Source: Pseudomonadota bacterium (GTDB lineage: Bacteria > Myxococcota > JACRCW01 > JAFGSX01). From it: a stretch of 15,212 bases of DNA. The stretch is from positions 1 to 15,212 of the forward strand of contig JBDRCO010000006.1 of assembly GCA_043821645.1 (NCBI GenBank), written 5' to 3'. The position numbers and the translations under genes were made by a program. The stretch's first letter is position 1, and the number at the start of each line of letters is the position of its first letter. Shown piece by piece: positions 1-8,408 of the stretch. The notes beneath the pieces are model-generated. The model searched no databases and was not told where the DNA came from. It saw only the letters and a program-made list of their open reading frames with translations.

Positions 1-1874
1 ATGCTGCTCGACGACCAGTTGGCGCTGCCGTTGAAGCTGTCGTCGCCGACCACGCCGAACTTCTCGTGCATGACGCGCGAAGAGATGATGCGCAGGTCCA
101 CGTCCTTGCCCTGCTCCTTGAACTTCTTCAGGGCGTTGATGGCCGACTCGTTGTAGGACTTGTAGAGCACCACCCGCACCTGCACCCCGCGGTCTATGGC
201 CTCGGTGAGCGCCTTGAACTCGGGCGAGCTGGGCGAGATGCCGTACAGGGCCAGGCGGAAGGTCTGGCCGGGCTGGGTGCGGCGCAGCATGTCGACGACC
301 GGCGCGGCCATGTCGCGCTCGACCTTCTCCACGGTGTCGCGGTTGGCAGGGATGGCGCCCCCCTCGTCACCGGCCACGGCGCCGCGACCCGCGACGGTCA
401 TGGTGCCGTGGTGCGTCTCCGACCACCCCGTCGTCGCCTGGCCGCCGGGCAGGCTCGCGGAGTAGGTGCCCATGCCCTCGTCGTCGGTGAGCACGTCGCG
501 CAGTCGGTTGACCGTCGAGGTGCCGATGCCCTTGATGGCCTTGAGCTCGTCCAGGTTCTCGAAGGCGCCGTGCGCCTCGCGGAAGGCCACGATCTTCTCG
601 GACTGCTTGCGGCTGAGGCCGGCGCGGTCGAGCTCGGCGACGGTGGCGGTGTTGATGGACAGGCCGCCCTGGCCGTAGTCCAGGTTCTCCATCAGCTGCT
701 CGCGGGCCCAGGTCGAGGCCTTGGCCACGTCGGGCACCCGCGCCAGCAGCTCGGTCCAGCAGTCGAAGCGGCCGTAGGTGCGCAGCTCCTTCTCGATCTT
801 GCCGGCCAGGGTCTTGCCGACCACCGCGCGCAGCTTGGCACTGTCCTCGTCGGCGAAGGAGTTGATGTCGAAGCCGGCGTGCTTGTTGCTCGCGTCGTAC
901 AGCGGGTCCGTGCCGAGGTCGTCGGGCACGTCGGTGGGGCGGTAGGGCTGGTTGTGGTCGGCGTACATCTTGGCGTACAGGTCGTTCTTGTAGGACCGCG
1001 CCTCGTTGTAGGTCAGGGCCACCTCGTCGTTGTTCCAGAAGCCCGCGAACTCGTCCTGGTAGCCGGCCATGACCCGTCTGTTGTCGGGATCGGCGCGGTC
1101 GAGGAGCATCAGGTTCTCGTAGTTGCTCTTCATGGCGCTCACGGACCAGTTGAACGAGCCCATGGTCATCTTCTCGGGGCGGCCGTCTATCGTCGTCACG
1201 AAGCCCTTGTGGTGGTTGAGGCCAAAGGTCTTCGAGTGCGAGTAGACGGGGCGCTTCGCACTGTCGCTCCACACGTATGGATCGTCCTTCTTGAACTTGA
1301 CCTGCAGGTTGGTCAGACCCTGCTCCTCGGCGATGCGAGCCAGGCGTGGGGGCTGGCGGTCGCCGCTGGTGGCGAGCTGCGACCAGTCCGTGAGCAGGCG
1401 GAAGTTCACTTCGGGGTGTGCCTTGGCCATGTCGACGATGGCGTCGGCCATGATCTTGTCGGTGAAGGCGAAAAGCATCATGTTGACGTCGACGGGCTTG
1501 CCGCCGGCGCGGTCAATGGTCTCCTGCAGGCTGCCCAGGATCTTGCCCCTGAACTGCTCCAGCGCCTGGCCCTCGGAGGTGAAGATGACCTCGGTGGCCT
1601 TGACGCGCTCGCTCTTCATCTCCTGGATGCGCAGGCTCAGGGCGTTCTTGAAGGCGCCCACCTTGTCCGCCGTCAAAGCCTGGCCCTGGGGCACGGCGGT
1701 GTCGTAGGCGTGCTTGATGGCCTCGGCCTCGAACTGGTCCAGCACCTTGTCGCCGTCGACCGCTGCCACGTCGCGAATGGCCTCGTCGACCACCTTCTTG
1801 ACCGCGGCGTCCTGGCTCTGGGTCAGGGGCGCGATCAGGGCGCGCGATTCGCTCAGGAGCTTGATGCTGGTCAT
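1..1874 (-). CDS. PLD-superfamily (Nuc-like) protein with two HxK domains flanking tandem ComEA-like helix-hairpin-helix domains; 3' end lies outside the window
   Basis: Manual translation, absent from the ORF track because it is truncated. ATG at 1874 with GGAGG RBS just upstream (MTSIKLLSESRAL...), open to position 1. Motifs: NHHKGFVTTIDGRPEKMTMGSFNWS (~1214-1143), SINTATVAELDRAGLSRKQSEKIVAFREAHGAFENLDELKAIKGIG (~659-520) and MHEKFGVVGDDSFNGSANWS (~71-12). Codon third positions are strongly G/C. Confidence 0.9.
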   Translation of the reverse strand, partial: MTSIKLLSESRALIAPLTQSQDAAVKKVVDEAIRDVAAVDGDKVLDQFEAEAIKHAYDTAVPQGQALTADKVGAFKNALSLRIQEMKSERVKATEVIFTSEGQALEQFRGKILGSLQETIDRAGGKPVDVNMMLFAFTDKIMADAIVDMAKAHPEVNFRLLTDWSQLATSGDRQPPRLARIAEEQGLTNLQVKFKKDDPYVWSDSAKRPVYSHSKTFGLNHHKGFVTTIDGRPEKMTMGSFNWSVSAMKSNYENLMLLDRADPDNRRVMAGYQDEFAGFWNNDEVALTYNEARSYKNDLYAKMYADHNQPYRPTDVPDDLGTDPLYDASNKHAGFDINSFADEDSAKLRAVVGKTLAGKIEKELRTYGRFDCWTELLARVPDVAKASTWAREQLMENLDYGQGGLSINTATVAELDRAGLSRKQSEKIVAFREAHGAFENLDELKAIKGIGTSTVNRLRDVLTDDEGMGTYSASLPGGQATTGWSETHHGTMTVAGRGAVAGDEGGAIPANRDTVEKVERDMAAPVVDMLRRTQPGQTFRLALYGISPSSPEFKALTEAIDRGVQVRVVLYKSYNESAINALKKFKEQGKDVDLRIISSRVMHEKFGVVGDDSFNGSANWSSSS

Positions 1875-1930
1875 GGGTGCCTCCGGATGACGAGAGCCTG
1901 CCCTTTTTATCGAGCAGCCATAGATAATGG

Positions 1931-2833
1931 CTAGAACAGGTGTGTTCGAATTAAATCCAATGTGGTTTCGGATAGTTGAAGCGATGCGCCAAGGCTGAGA
2001 AGGACCTCGGCCAGGGCATCCATGGCGGCCCCGCGCGCCAGCACTTCCCGCCCCACGCGACCTGCATCGCGGGGCCGAAGTTGACCCAGGGCCACCAGGT
2101 GCAATGCGGTCTCGAAGAAGTTCTCGGTGGGAGTCACCAGTCCGTCGTAGCGCTGGTAGCGCTCGAGCGGCGTGCGCCGGATGCGGTGGATGAAGATACG
2201 CTCGACGCTGCGCTGGCGCGGCAGGTCAGAGGCGAGCTGGCAGATCGATGCGGCGTCGTCCTCGGGCGTGCCTCGATCGCGCAGCCGCTGCGCCAGTGGA
2301 TCCGCGCGCAGTCCGGCGCAGATCTCATTGAACAGGGCAAAGATCGCGGCATCGTCCTCGGCATCGTCGCCAAACATGAACCAGCGGGCGGCATCCGAGA
2401 TCTCGCGTCGCAGCAGCAGCAGAGCTGTCAGCTTGTAGCCGGTGTGATCCACCAGCTTGCGGATCCGTCCTCGCTTCAGCAGGGCAAGCTGGTCCTTGAA
2501 GCTGATGCCATCGTGCTGCACCCCATCGAGCACCATGCGCCGCTCGAGCACGTGGCGGAGCTCGGGCGGACTGGCGCTCACGAAGTACAGCGGCGTCAGT
2601 CGCGATTCAGGCTCCGGTCCATGGCGCAGCCCCTGCAACAGCTGCACGGCGCCGGGGATGGGGTCCTTGTCCACCGCAAACTCGAAGGGGATGGCGAGCA
2701 GCCCACGCCACGTCGAGAAGTGCGTGTTGAGATAGGTCTTGTCGATGTCCCAGATCAGCACCGAACCGTCGTAGCCATCCGGCAAGCGGCGGTCATTGCT
2801 CCGATCCAGAGGGTAGGGTGTGGGCATGGTCAT
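1931..2833 (-). CDS. HAD-superfamily phosphatase, App1/LNS2-like (putative phosphatidate phosphatase)
   Basis: HAD motif I LIWDIDKTYL (DxDxT), motif II YFVSASP and acidic motif IV FGDDAEDD. Start placed at ATG 2833, which overlaps the gpsA stop (ATGA). The longer N-terminus in the ORF track overlaps gpsA. Substrate is inferred from context. Confidence 0.75.
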   Translation of the reverse strand: MTMPTPYPLDRSNDRRLPDGYDGSVLIWDIDKTYLNTHFSTWRGLLAIPFEFAVDKDPIPGAVQLLQGLRHGPEPESRLTPLYFVSASPPELRHVLERRMVLDGVQHDGISFKDQLALLKRGRIRKLVDHTGYKLTALLLLRREISDAARWFMFGDDAEDDAAIFALFNEICAGLRADPLAQRLRDRGTPEDDAASICQLASDLPRQRSVERIFIHRIRRTPLERYQRYDGLVTPTENFFETALHLVALGQLRPRDAGRVGREVLARGAAMDALAEVLLSLGASLQLSETTLDLIRTHLF

Positions 2834-3795
2834 ACCAGGCTGTCCCGTGCCCCCAGCCCCGGGTCGCTCCCGAGCAGTGCCTGTATCATCTCGCGCGGCG
2901 GCTCCAGGTCGTCGAGAACGCGCGCCACACCCGTGGCCAGCGGTACCTTGACGCCGAGTTCCTCGGCGCGTCTTGACAGTGCACGGGCGGTGACGGCGCC
3001 CTCGACAGCTCCAAGGTCCTCGAGCACGGCCAGGGCCACCTCGCCCCGGGCACAACGCTCACCCAGCTGGTAGTTGCGGCTCGACGAGGACTCGCGGCGG
3101 GCGATCAGGTCGCCGACGCCTGCGATGCCGACGAAGGTCGCTGGCTCCGCACCCAGGGCCTTGCCCAGGCGCGCGGTCTCGATCAGGCCGCGTGCCAGCA
3201 CGGCGCTGCGGGCGCTCTCGCCCAGACCATCGGCCAGGCCAGCGGCCACGCTGATGACGTTGCGCATGGCGCCGGCGAGTTGCACCCCGACGATGTCGTG
3301 GCTCCGGAACAGCTGCTGCTCCTTGGTGGACAGGCACGCACCCAGGGCATCGAGCACACAGTCGAAGGGCGAGGCCATGACCAGGCCACCCGGCCCGCGG
3401 CGGTTCAGCTCGCTGGCGAGCACAGGGCCGCCGATGGCTCCGATCTGCTTCACGCAGCTGCGGGCGCGAAACACCTCGTGCACCAGCTCACCCTCGGCCG
3501 TGCTGCCCTTGCAGCCATGGATCCAGTAGTGGTCACCGCGCGCGACATCGCCTACCTGGGCGAGCACCTCGCTCACACTCCAGGGAGGAAGGGCAAAGAA
3601 CACCAGACGCGCCGTCTGCACGACCTCGGTGGCGCTGTCCAGGACCTCGATGCCCGCCGGCAGGGTGCGCGGGTTCGTGCCCGCCGATTGCCCCCTCGAC
3701 CAGGCCACGACCCGGCTTCCCGTCGACGCTGCCAGGCCAGCCACGGCTTGCCCCAATGCTCCCAATCCCAGCACGCCCAGCAGGCGATCACCCAT
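2830..3795 (-). CDS. gpsA: NAD(P)H-dependent glycerol-3-phosphate dehydrogenase family protein (divergent active site)
   Basis: Rossmann GLGALG, HGCKG, GGPVLASEL, DIVGVQLAGAMRNVISVAAG, GIAGVGDLIA and SRNYQLG all align with GpsA motifs. GAGGGAG RBS upstream. Confidence 0.88.
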   Translation of the reverse strand: MGDRLLGVLGLGALGQAVAGLAASTGSRVVAWSRGQSAGTNPRTLPAGIEVLDSATEVVQTARLVFFALPPWSVSEVLAQVGDVARGDHYWIHGCKGSTAEGELVHEVFRARSCVKQIGAIGGPVLASELNRRGPGGLVMASPFDCVLDALGACLSTKEQQLFRSHDIVGVQLAGAMRNVISVAAGLADGLGESARSAVLARGLIETARLGKALGAEPATFVGIAGVGDLIARRESSSSRNYQLGERCARGEVALAVLEDLGAVEGAVTARALSRRAEELGVKVPLATGVARVLDDLEPPREMIQALLGSDPGLGARDSLV

Positions 3796-3885
3796 CTTCG
3801 GCTCCCTCTGTTCTCGGCGCGTGGACCGGTCCCCGCCGTGGTGCTGCAGGACCCCGCCTCCTGCACGCGGCTTGCGGGCGCGGAA

Positions 3886-5586
3886 TCAGTTGAGGCGCCG
3901 CGCTCCTGGTGCCGTGGCGTCGACACCATCGAGACCATACCCGTCGAGACGATTGGCGTAGTACAGCATCAGATTGCGATCCCGCGCGAACAGACGGTCG
4001 CCCTTGCGCTGCACCGCGGGCTGGGTGTGATAGATGGCGAAGTGCCGCAGACCATCGGCCACCAGGGACTCGGCGTCGGCGTGGGCCAGGTCCTCGTCGA
4101 GGCGAATCCGACGCTGTTGTTCCAGGTTCCGGAGCTGCTCCAGCAAGAGGCTGCACTCGCGATACACCTCGCGCAGTTCGATGTTGCGATCCCGGCCCCC
4201 GGTGCGCAGCAACCTGAACAGGTCCAGATCCGGATTGTGTCGGAGCAGCAGCCTGAACATCACCCGGGCCAGGGCGTGGGTCGAGTAGACCACGCTATCG
4301 CTGTAGAAAGCCTGTCGCACCCGCTGTCCGACCTCGCGGGTGTACTCGGCATCGCGCTGAGGATCCGCCACCGGACCTTCGCCGTTGGTCACGTAGGCGG
4401 CGGTGTCGACAGCCCTGCCCATGGGATCGCGCGAGGTGCCGTCATCGTCGACGGGATTGCCGAACACGTCATAGCCTCGACCCAGGGTGACGTAGATGCG
4501 CGAGTCCAGCGAGAACAGATGCATGACGAAGTCGGCGATGCGCTTCGGCCTCGAGAACTCGTCGTCGGTGATGATGTAGCGCGACTTGCCCGCCTCCTGC
4601 AGCCAGTCGTCGATCAGGGTCTCGGCCTCCAGCACCAGCTGGTAGCTCAGGGTGCAGGGGACCACGAAGATCTTGGGCCTGTCCTTGCCATTGCGCAGGT
4701 TGTTGACATAGGCGGAGATGCCGGTGCCCAGCAGGCCGAGCTTGAGGTGGTTCTCGACGGCACCCGAGCGACTGCGCGTGCCACCCGGGAAGAACAGGTT
4801 GTTGTAGCCATACTCGAGGGTGAGCGTGGTGTAGTTCTTGAGAACTTCCTTGTACAGCCAGTTCTTCTTCCGCCTGTCGACGGTGTAGGCGCCCAGATTA
4901 CCCATGAAGAACCCGAGCACGGGGTTCGCGAAGAGGTTGAGACCCGCGCCGTAGAGCACCGGAGGCAGGCCGCTCTCGTACAGCGCCCAGCCGAGCAGGA
5001 TGGAGTCCAGGTTCGAAAGGTGGGTCGGCGTGAAGATCAGGGTCCCCACCTCGTTGAGCTTGAGCACGTGCTCCATCTCACCCTGCATGCGCACCGAATG
5101 GGTCAGGTCGGGCAGGGACAGCGACGGCACATGCAGCCCCTCCGTGAGGCGTGAGCGGTGGGGCAGGGCGTGGGCAGAGCTGCTGCCCCCGAGCATGTTG
5201 CGCAGCAGCTTGCGGGGACTGACCGCATTGAGCAGCACTCCCAGCAGCGGCGGCAGGATCCGGGTCGAGAAGCTGTACACGCGCTCGTCGAAGTTGCCGG
5301 CAATCTCATGGCCGTAGGCGTGGACCACGCGCTCGAGCATGTTGCGCAGTTCCTGCTCCGAGGCATTGCCGATGCCGCGGCGCACCACCTCCCACATGGC
5401 CTGGTCGGCTTGCGCCCGCTTGGTGCCCTTGCGCTCGGACTGCAGCCGCCGCTTCTCCTGGAACAGGGTGTCACCCAGGATCTCGTCGAGCTGGGTCCCC
5501 TTTTTTGACTCCGCTGCCCTGGACAGCGACGACACCACGCGGCTTTCAAGCTCGACCAGTAGACTCTCGTGATGTTCAGGTCTCAT
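3886..5586 (-). CDS. PlsB-like glycerol-3-phosphate O-acyltransferase (glycerolipid acyltransferase family)
   Basis: Motif I PTHLSNLD (HxxxxD), GAGLNL, motif II GAYTVDRR, motif III FFPGGTRSRSG, motif IV IFVVPCTLSY. Lies directly upstream of gpsA. Confidence 0.85.
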   Translation of the reverse strand: MRPEHHESLLVELESRVVSSLSRAAESKKGTQLDEILGDTLFQEKRRLQSERKGTKRAQADQAMWEVVRRGIGNASEQELRNMLERVVHAYGHEIAGNFDERVYSFSTRILPPLLGVLLNAVSPRKLLRNMLGGSSSAHALPHRSRLTEGLHVPSLSLPDLTHSVRMQGEMEHVLKLNEVGTLIFTPTHLSNLDSILLGWALYESGLPPVLYGAGLNLFANPVLGFFMGNLGAYTVDRRKKNWLYKEVLKNYTTLTLEYGYNNLFFPGGTRSRSGAVENHLKLGLLGTGISAYVNNLRNGKDRPKIFVVPCTLSYQLVLEAETLIDDWLQEAGKSRYIITDDEFSRPKRIADFVMHLFSLDSRIYVTLGRGYDVFGNPVDDDGTSRDPMGRAVDTAAYVTNGEGPVADPQRDAEYTREVGQRVRQAFYSDSVVYSTHALARVMFRLLLRHNPDLDLFRLLRTGGRDRNIELREVYRECSLLLEQLRNLEQQRRIRLDEDLAHADAESLVADGLRHFAIYHTQPAVQRKGDRLFARDRNLMLYYANRLDGYGLDGVDATAPGARRLN

Positions 5587-5891
5587 GGGGTCCGCATTCT
5601 AGTCGAGGGCCGGGGTCGCGGAAAGCCGGCTGGTTGCCACCAGGACCCACACCGGGATTGGCATCCCAGGCAAGGACCCTCTTGAAGTCTGCCGGGCACC
5701 GGGTCGCCGGGGCTCCTGACCACCCCGGATCCGCCCCCTGGGCCATCCTGACGCCGCCGTGACATCGATGACGGCGTCGACAGCCATGGTCGGGGTCACG
5801 CGAACGCGCAGCAGCTCTTCTCGCTTGCCCGTCGCTGCGCACCCTGTTACTTGGCCGCCCTGTCGACACTGCCTGCGCCGGAGCACACATC

Positions 5892-7364
5892 GTGAGCGAT
5901 CGTCCCGTCACTGTCCGCATCGCACCCTCGCCGACCGGCGATCCTCACGTCGGCACGGCCTACATCGGGCTGTTCAACCTCGTGTTCGCGCGTCAGAACA
6001 AGGGCCGCTTCGTGCTGCGCATCGAGGACACGGACCAGAGCCGATCCACGCGCCAGGCCGAGGAGGCCATCTACCGATCCCTGCGCTGGGCCGGGCTGGA
6101 GTGGGACGAAGGACCGGACAAGGGCGGCCCGCACGCGCCGTACCGGCAGAGCGAGCGGCTGCCCATCTATCGCGAACACGTCGGCACTCTGCTGCACAGC
6201 GGTCACGCCTACCACTGCACCTGCACGCCGGAGCGCCTGGCGGTTCTGCGCGAGCAGCAGCGCGCGGCCAAGGAAGGCGGTGGCTACGACGGTCACTGCC
6301 GGGATCGCCAGGATGAAGTGGCGCGGGAGATCGCGGACGGCGCACCAGCAGTGGTGCGGCTCAAGGTGCCTCGCTCCGGCGTCACCGTGGTTCAGGATGT
6401 GCTGCGCGGGGCCATCGAGTTCGACAACGCAGGCATCGACGATCAGGTCCTGCTCAAGAGCGATGGTTTTCCGACCTATCACCTGGCCAACGTTGTCGAC
6501 GATCACCTCATGGGTATCACCCACGTGATCCGCGGCGAGGAGTGGATCTCCTCGGGGCCCAAGCACGTGCTGCTGTACCGGGCCTTTGGCTGGGAGCTGC
6601 CGGTGTTCGCGCACCTGCCCCTGCTGCGCAACGCCGACAAGAGCAAGGTCAGCAAGCGCAAGAACCCGGTCAGCCTGGTGTGGTACGAGAAGGCCGGGAT
6701 CCTGCCCCAAGCCTTGCTCAACTACCTCGGGATGATGGGCTGGACCATGCCCGACGGCGCCGAGCTGTTCTCGGTCGAGGACATGGTGCGCGAGTTCAAG
6801 CTCGACCGCATCAGCCTGGGCGGGCCCGTGTTCGACCTGCAGAAGCTCACCTGGCTCAACGGCAAGCACCTGCGCGAGCGTCTCGACGACGAGGCCTTCA
6901 CTGACGCCGTGCTCGAGCGCGTGGTGCCACGCGACTACCTCAGGCAGATCGTGCCCCTGGTCAAGGAGCGGGTGGACAAGCTCGAGGACTTCGTGCCCTA
7001 CGCGGGCTTCTTCTTCGCGGGCAGTCTGGAGTACAGCGTCGAGGCCCTGATCCCGAAGAAAGGTACAGCCGCAGGCTCCGCCGCTGTCCTCGAGGGCGTG
7101 GCCGAGCGCGTGGATGCGCAGTTCGAGTGGAGCCATGATGCCATCGAGGCCATGCTCCGTCGCTACTGCGAGGACACCCAGCAGAAGACCCGCGACGTTT
7201 TCATGCCCCTGCGCGTGGCCGTGACCGGCAAGGCCGCCACGCCTCCGCTGTTCGAGACCATGGAAGTCCTGGGCCGCGAGCGCTGTCGCCGGCGCATGCG
7301 CGAGGCTGCGGCGTTCTTGCGTTCCCAGGGGGCGGTCAGCCCGTCCCCTCTGCCGTCGAAGTGA
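5892..7364 (+). CDS. gltX: Glutamate--tRNA ligase
   Basis: RIAPSPTGDPHVGT (HIGH motif), LRIEDTD, PYRQSER, YHLANVVDDHLMGITHVIRGEEW, KVSKR (KMSKS motif) and anticodon-domain PLRVAVTG. GTG start with GGAG upstream. Confidence 0.97.
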   Translation: MSDRPVTVRIAPSPTGDPHVGTAYIGLFNLVFARQNKGRFVLRIEDTDQSRSTRQAEEAIYRSLRWAGLEWDEGPDKGGPHAPYRQSERLPIYREHVGTLLHSGHAYHCTCTPERLAVLREQQRAAKEGGGYDGHCRDRQDEVAREIADGAPAVVRLKVPRSGVTVVQDVLRGAIEFDNAGIDDQVLLKSDGFPTYHLANVVDDHLMGITHVIRGEEWISSGPKHVLLYRAFGWELPVFAHLPLLRNADKSKVSKRKNPVSLVWYEKAGILPQALLNYLGMMGWTMPDGAELFSVEDMVREFKLDRISLGGPVFDLQKLTWLNGKHLRERLDDEAFTDAVLERVVPRDYLRQIVPLVKERVDKLEDFVPYAGFFFAGSLEYSVEALIPKKGTAAGSAAVLEGVAERVDAQFEWSHDAIEAMLRRYCEDTQQKTRDVFMPLRVAVTGKAATPPLFETMEVLGRERCRRRMREAAAFLRSQGAVSPSPLPSK

Positions 7365-7454
7365 ATTCGACGGCCTGCACCGGCGCAGCCTGGGTGCTGC
7401 GACGGGTGGTTGCCGCGAGCTTTTTGACGATCCCCAACCTGGCGAGGAGACAAC

Positions 7455-7880
7455 ATGGCCACCGAGAAAACATTCAGCATCATCAAGCCCGACGCCGTGG
7501 CGCGAAACCTGGTCGGCAAGATCTGCTCGCGCTTTGAAACCAACGGTCTGAGCATCGTCGCCATGCGCATGGTGCACATGAGCCGGCGCGAGGCCGAGGG
7601 CTTTTACGCCGTGCACCGCCAGCGACCTTTCTTCGGCTCGCTGGTCGAGTACATGACCTCGGGCCCCTCGGTGGTCATGGTCCTCGAAGGCGAGGACGCC
7701 ATTGCCAAGAATCGCAAGCTCATGGGCGCCACGGATCCGGCCAAGGCCGACAAGGACACCATCCGCAAGGATCTGGGCGAGAGCCTCGAGCGCAACAGCG
7801 TGCACGGATCCGATGCGCCGGACACGGCGGCCACCGAGATCGCCTGGTTCTTCCCGGGCACCAACCTGCACAGTCGCTGA
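7455..7880 (+). CDS. ndk: Nucleoside diphosphate kinase
   Basis: [33 protein letters not shown] and catalytic [16 protein letters not shown]. Confidence 0.98.
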   Translation: MATEKTFSIIKPDAVARNLVGKICSRFETNGLSIVAMRMVHMSRREAEGFYAVHRQRPFFGSLVEYMTSGPSVVMVLEGEDAIAKNRKLMGATDPAKADKDTIRKDLGESLERNSVHGSDAPDTAATEIAWFFPGTNLHSR

Positions 7881-7907
7881 GCCCGGGGCCTCTCGCAGCG
7901 TCAACAC

Positions 7908-7989
7908 ACGCGGGCCAGGCCCGTGTTTCGCCTCCGGGTGTTTCCAGGCGCCGGGCACACCTCAACACGGCGTCGTCCTCGACGTCGTG
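7908..7989. terminator. Two GC-rich hairpins between convergent ndk and 8016..8327; possible terminators
   Basis: ACGCGGGC-CAG-GCCCGTGT (7908-7926) followed by a short T run, and CACGGCGTCG-TCCT-CGACGTCGTG (7966-7989). U tails are weak. Confidence 0.35.
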
Positions 7990-8015
7990 GAGGAGCCGTC
8001 GTCCCTGAAGGATGC

Positions 8016-8327
8016 CTACTTCTTCTTCTTGGACTTGGTCTTGTCGGACTGTGCCTGGGACAGCGAGGTGCCGTCCGACAGGAAGTGCACCTGCGACCAG
8101 GGCACCAGGATGTGCGGCACCTCGGGATATTCCTGCGAACCCACGATGGCGCCGAGGTCATTGAGACCCATCAGCCATCCATCCATGCCGACCTTGAAGC
8201 CCCAGCTTGGCAGCTCGGTGGCCGTCGACAGGCGCACGTGGGTTGGCTTGTCGTCGCAGCCCAGGCGCTTGGCCACCTCGCTGACGTTCCCCTTGGCAAT
8301 CTCGAGCAGGTAGATGTTTTCGGCCAT
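8016..8327 (-). CDS. Hypothetical protein, 103 aa, small beta-rich domain with a Lys-rich tail
   Basis: GGAGGT RBS before the ATG, GC3-biased codons, fills the gap between ndk and the upstream gene. No family recognised with confidence. Confidence 0.75.
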   Translation of the reverse strand: MAENIYLLEIAKGNVSEVAKRLGCDDKPTHVRLSTATELPSWGFKVGMDGWLMGLNDLGAIVGSQEYPEVPHILVPWSQVHFLSDGTSLSQAQSDKTKSKKKK

Positions 8328-8408
8328 GATGAGTTACCTCCCGGTGGGACGGGAGCATGGCTCAGGATGGATTTTCTTGGAAGAGGAGAACGAACGCGCG
8401 AGTGGCCA

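Noticed and set aside
66-1934. 622-aa plus-strand ORF
   Set aside because: Antisense shadow of the minus-strand PLD/HhH gene, which has the RBS and recognisable motifs. The shadow has no motifs and a skewed V/G/H/L composition.
3280-5154. 624-aa plus-strand ORF (also 1976..3073 +)
   Set aside because: Antisense to the plsB-like, gpsA and phosphatase genes; typical high-GC shadow frames.
5576-5920. Short ORFs in the plsB-like/gltX intergenic region
   Set aside because: No recognisable motif or coding bias, and several overlap the neighbouring gene starts.
5847-7958. 703-aa minus-strand ORF
   Set aside because: Antisense to the unambiguous gltX and ndk genes.
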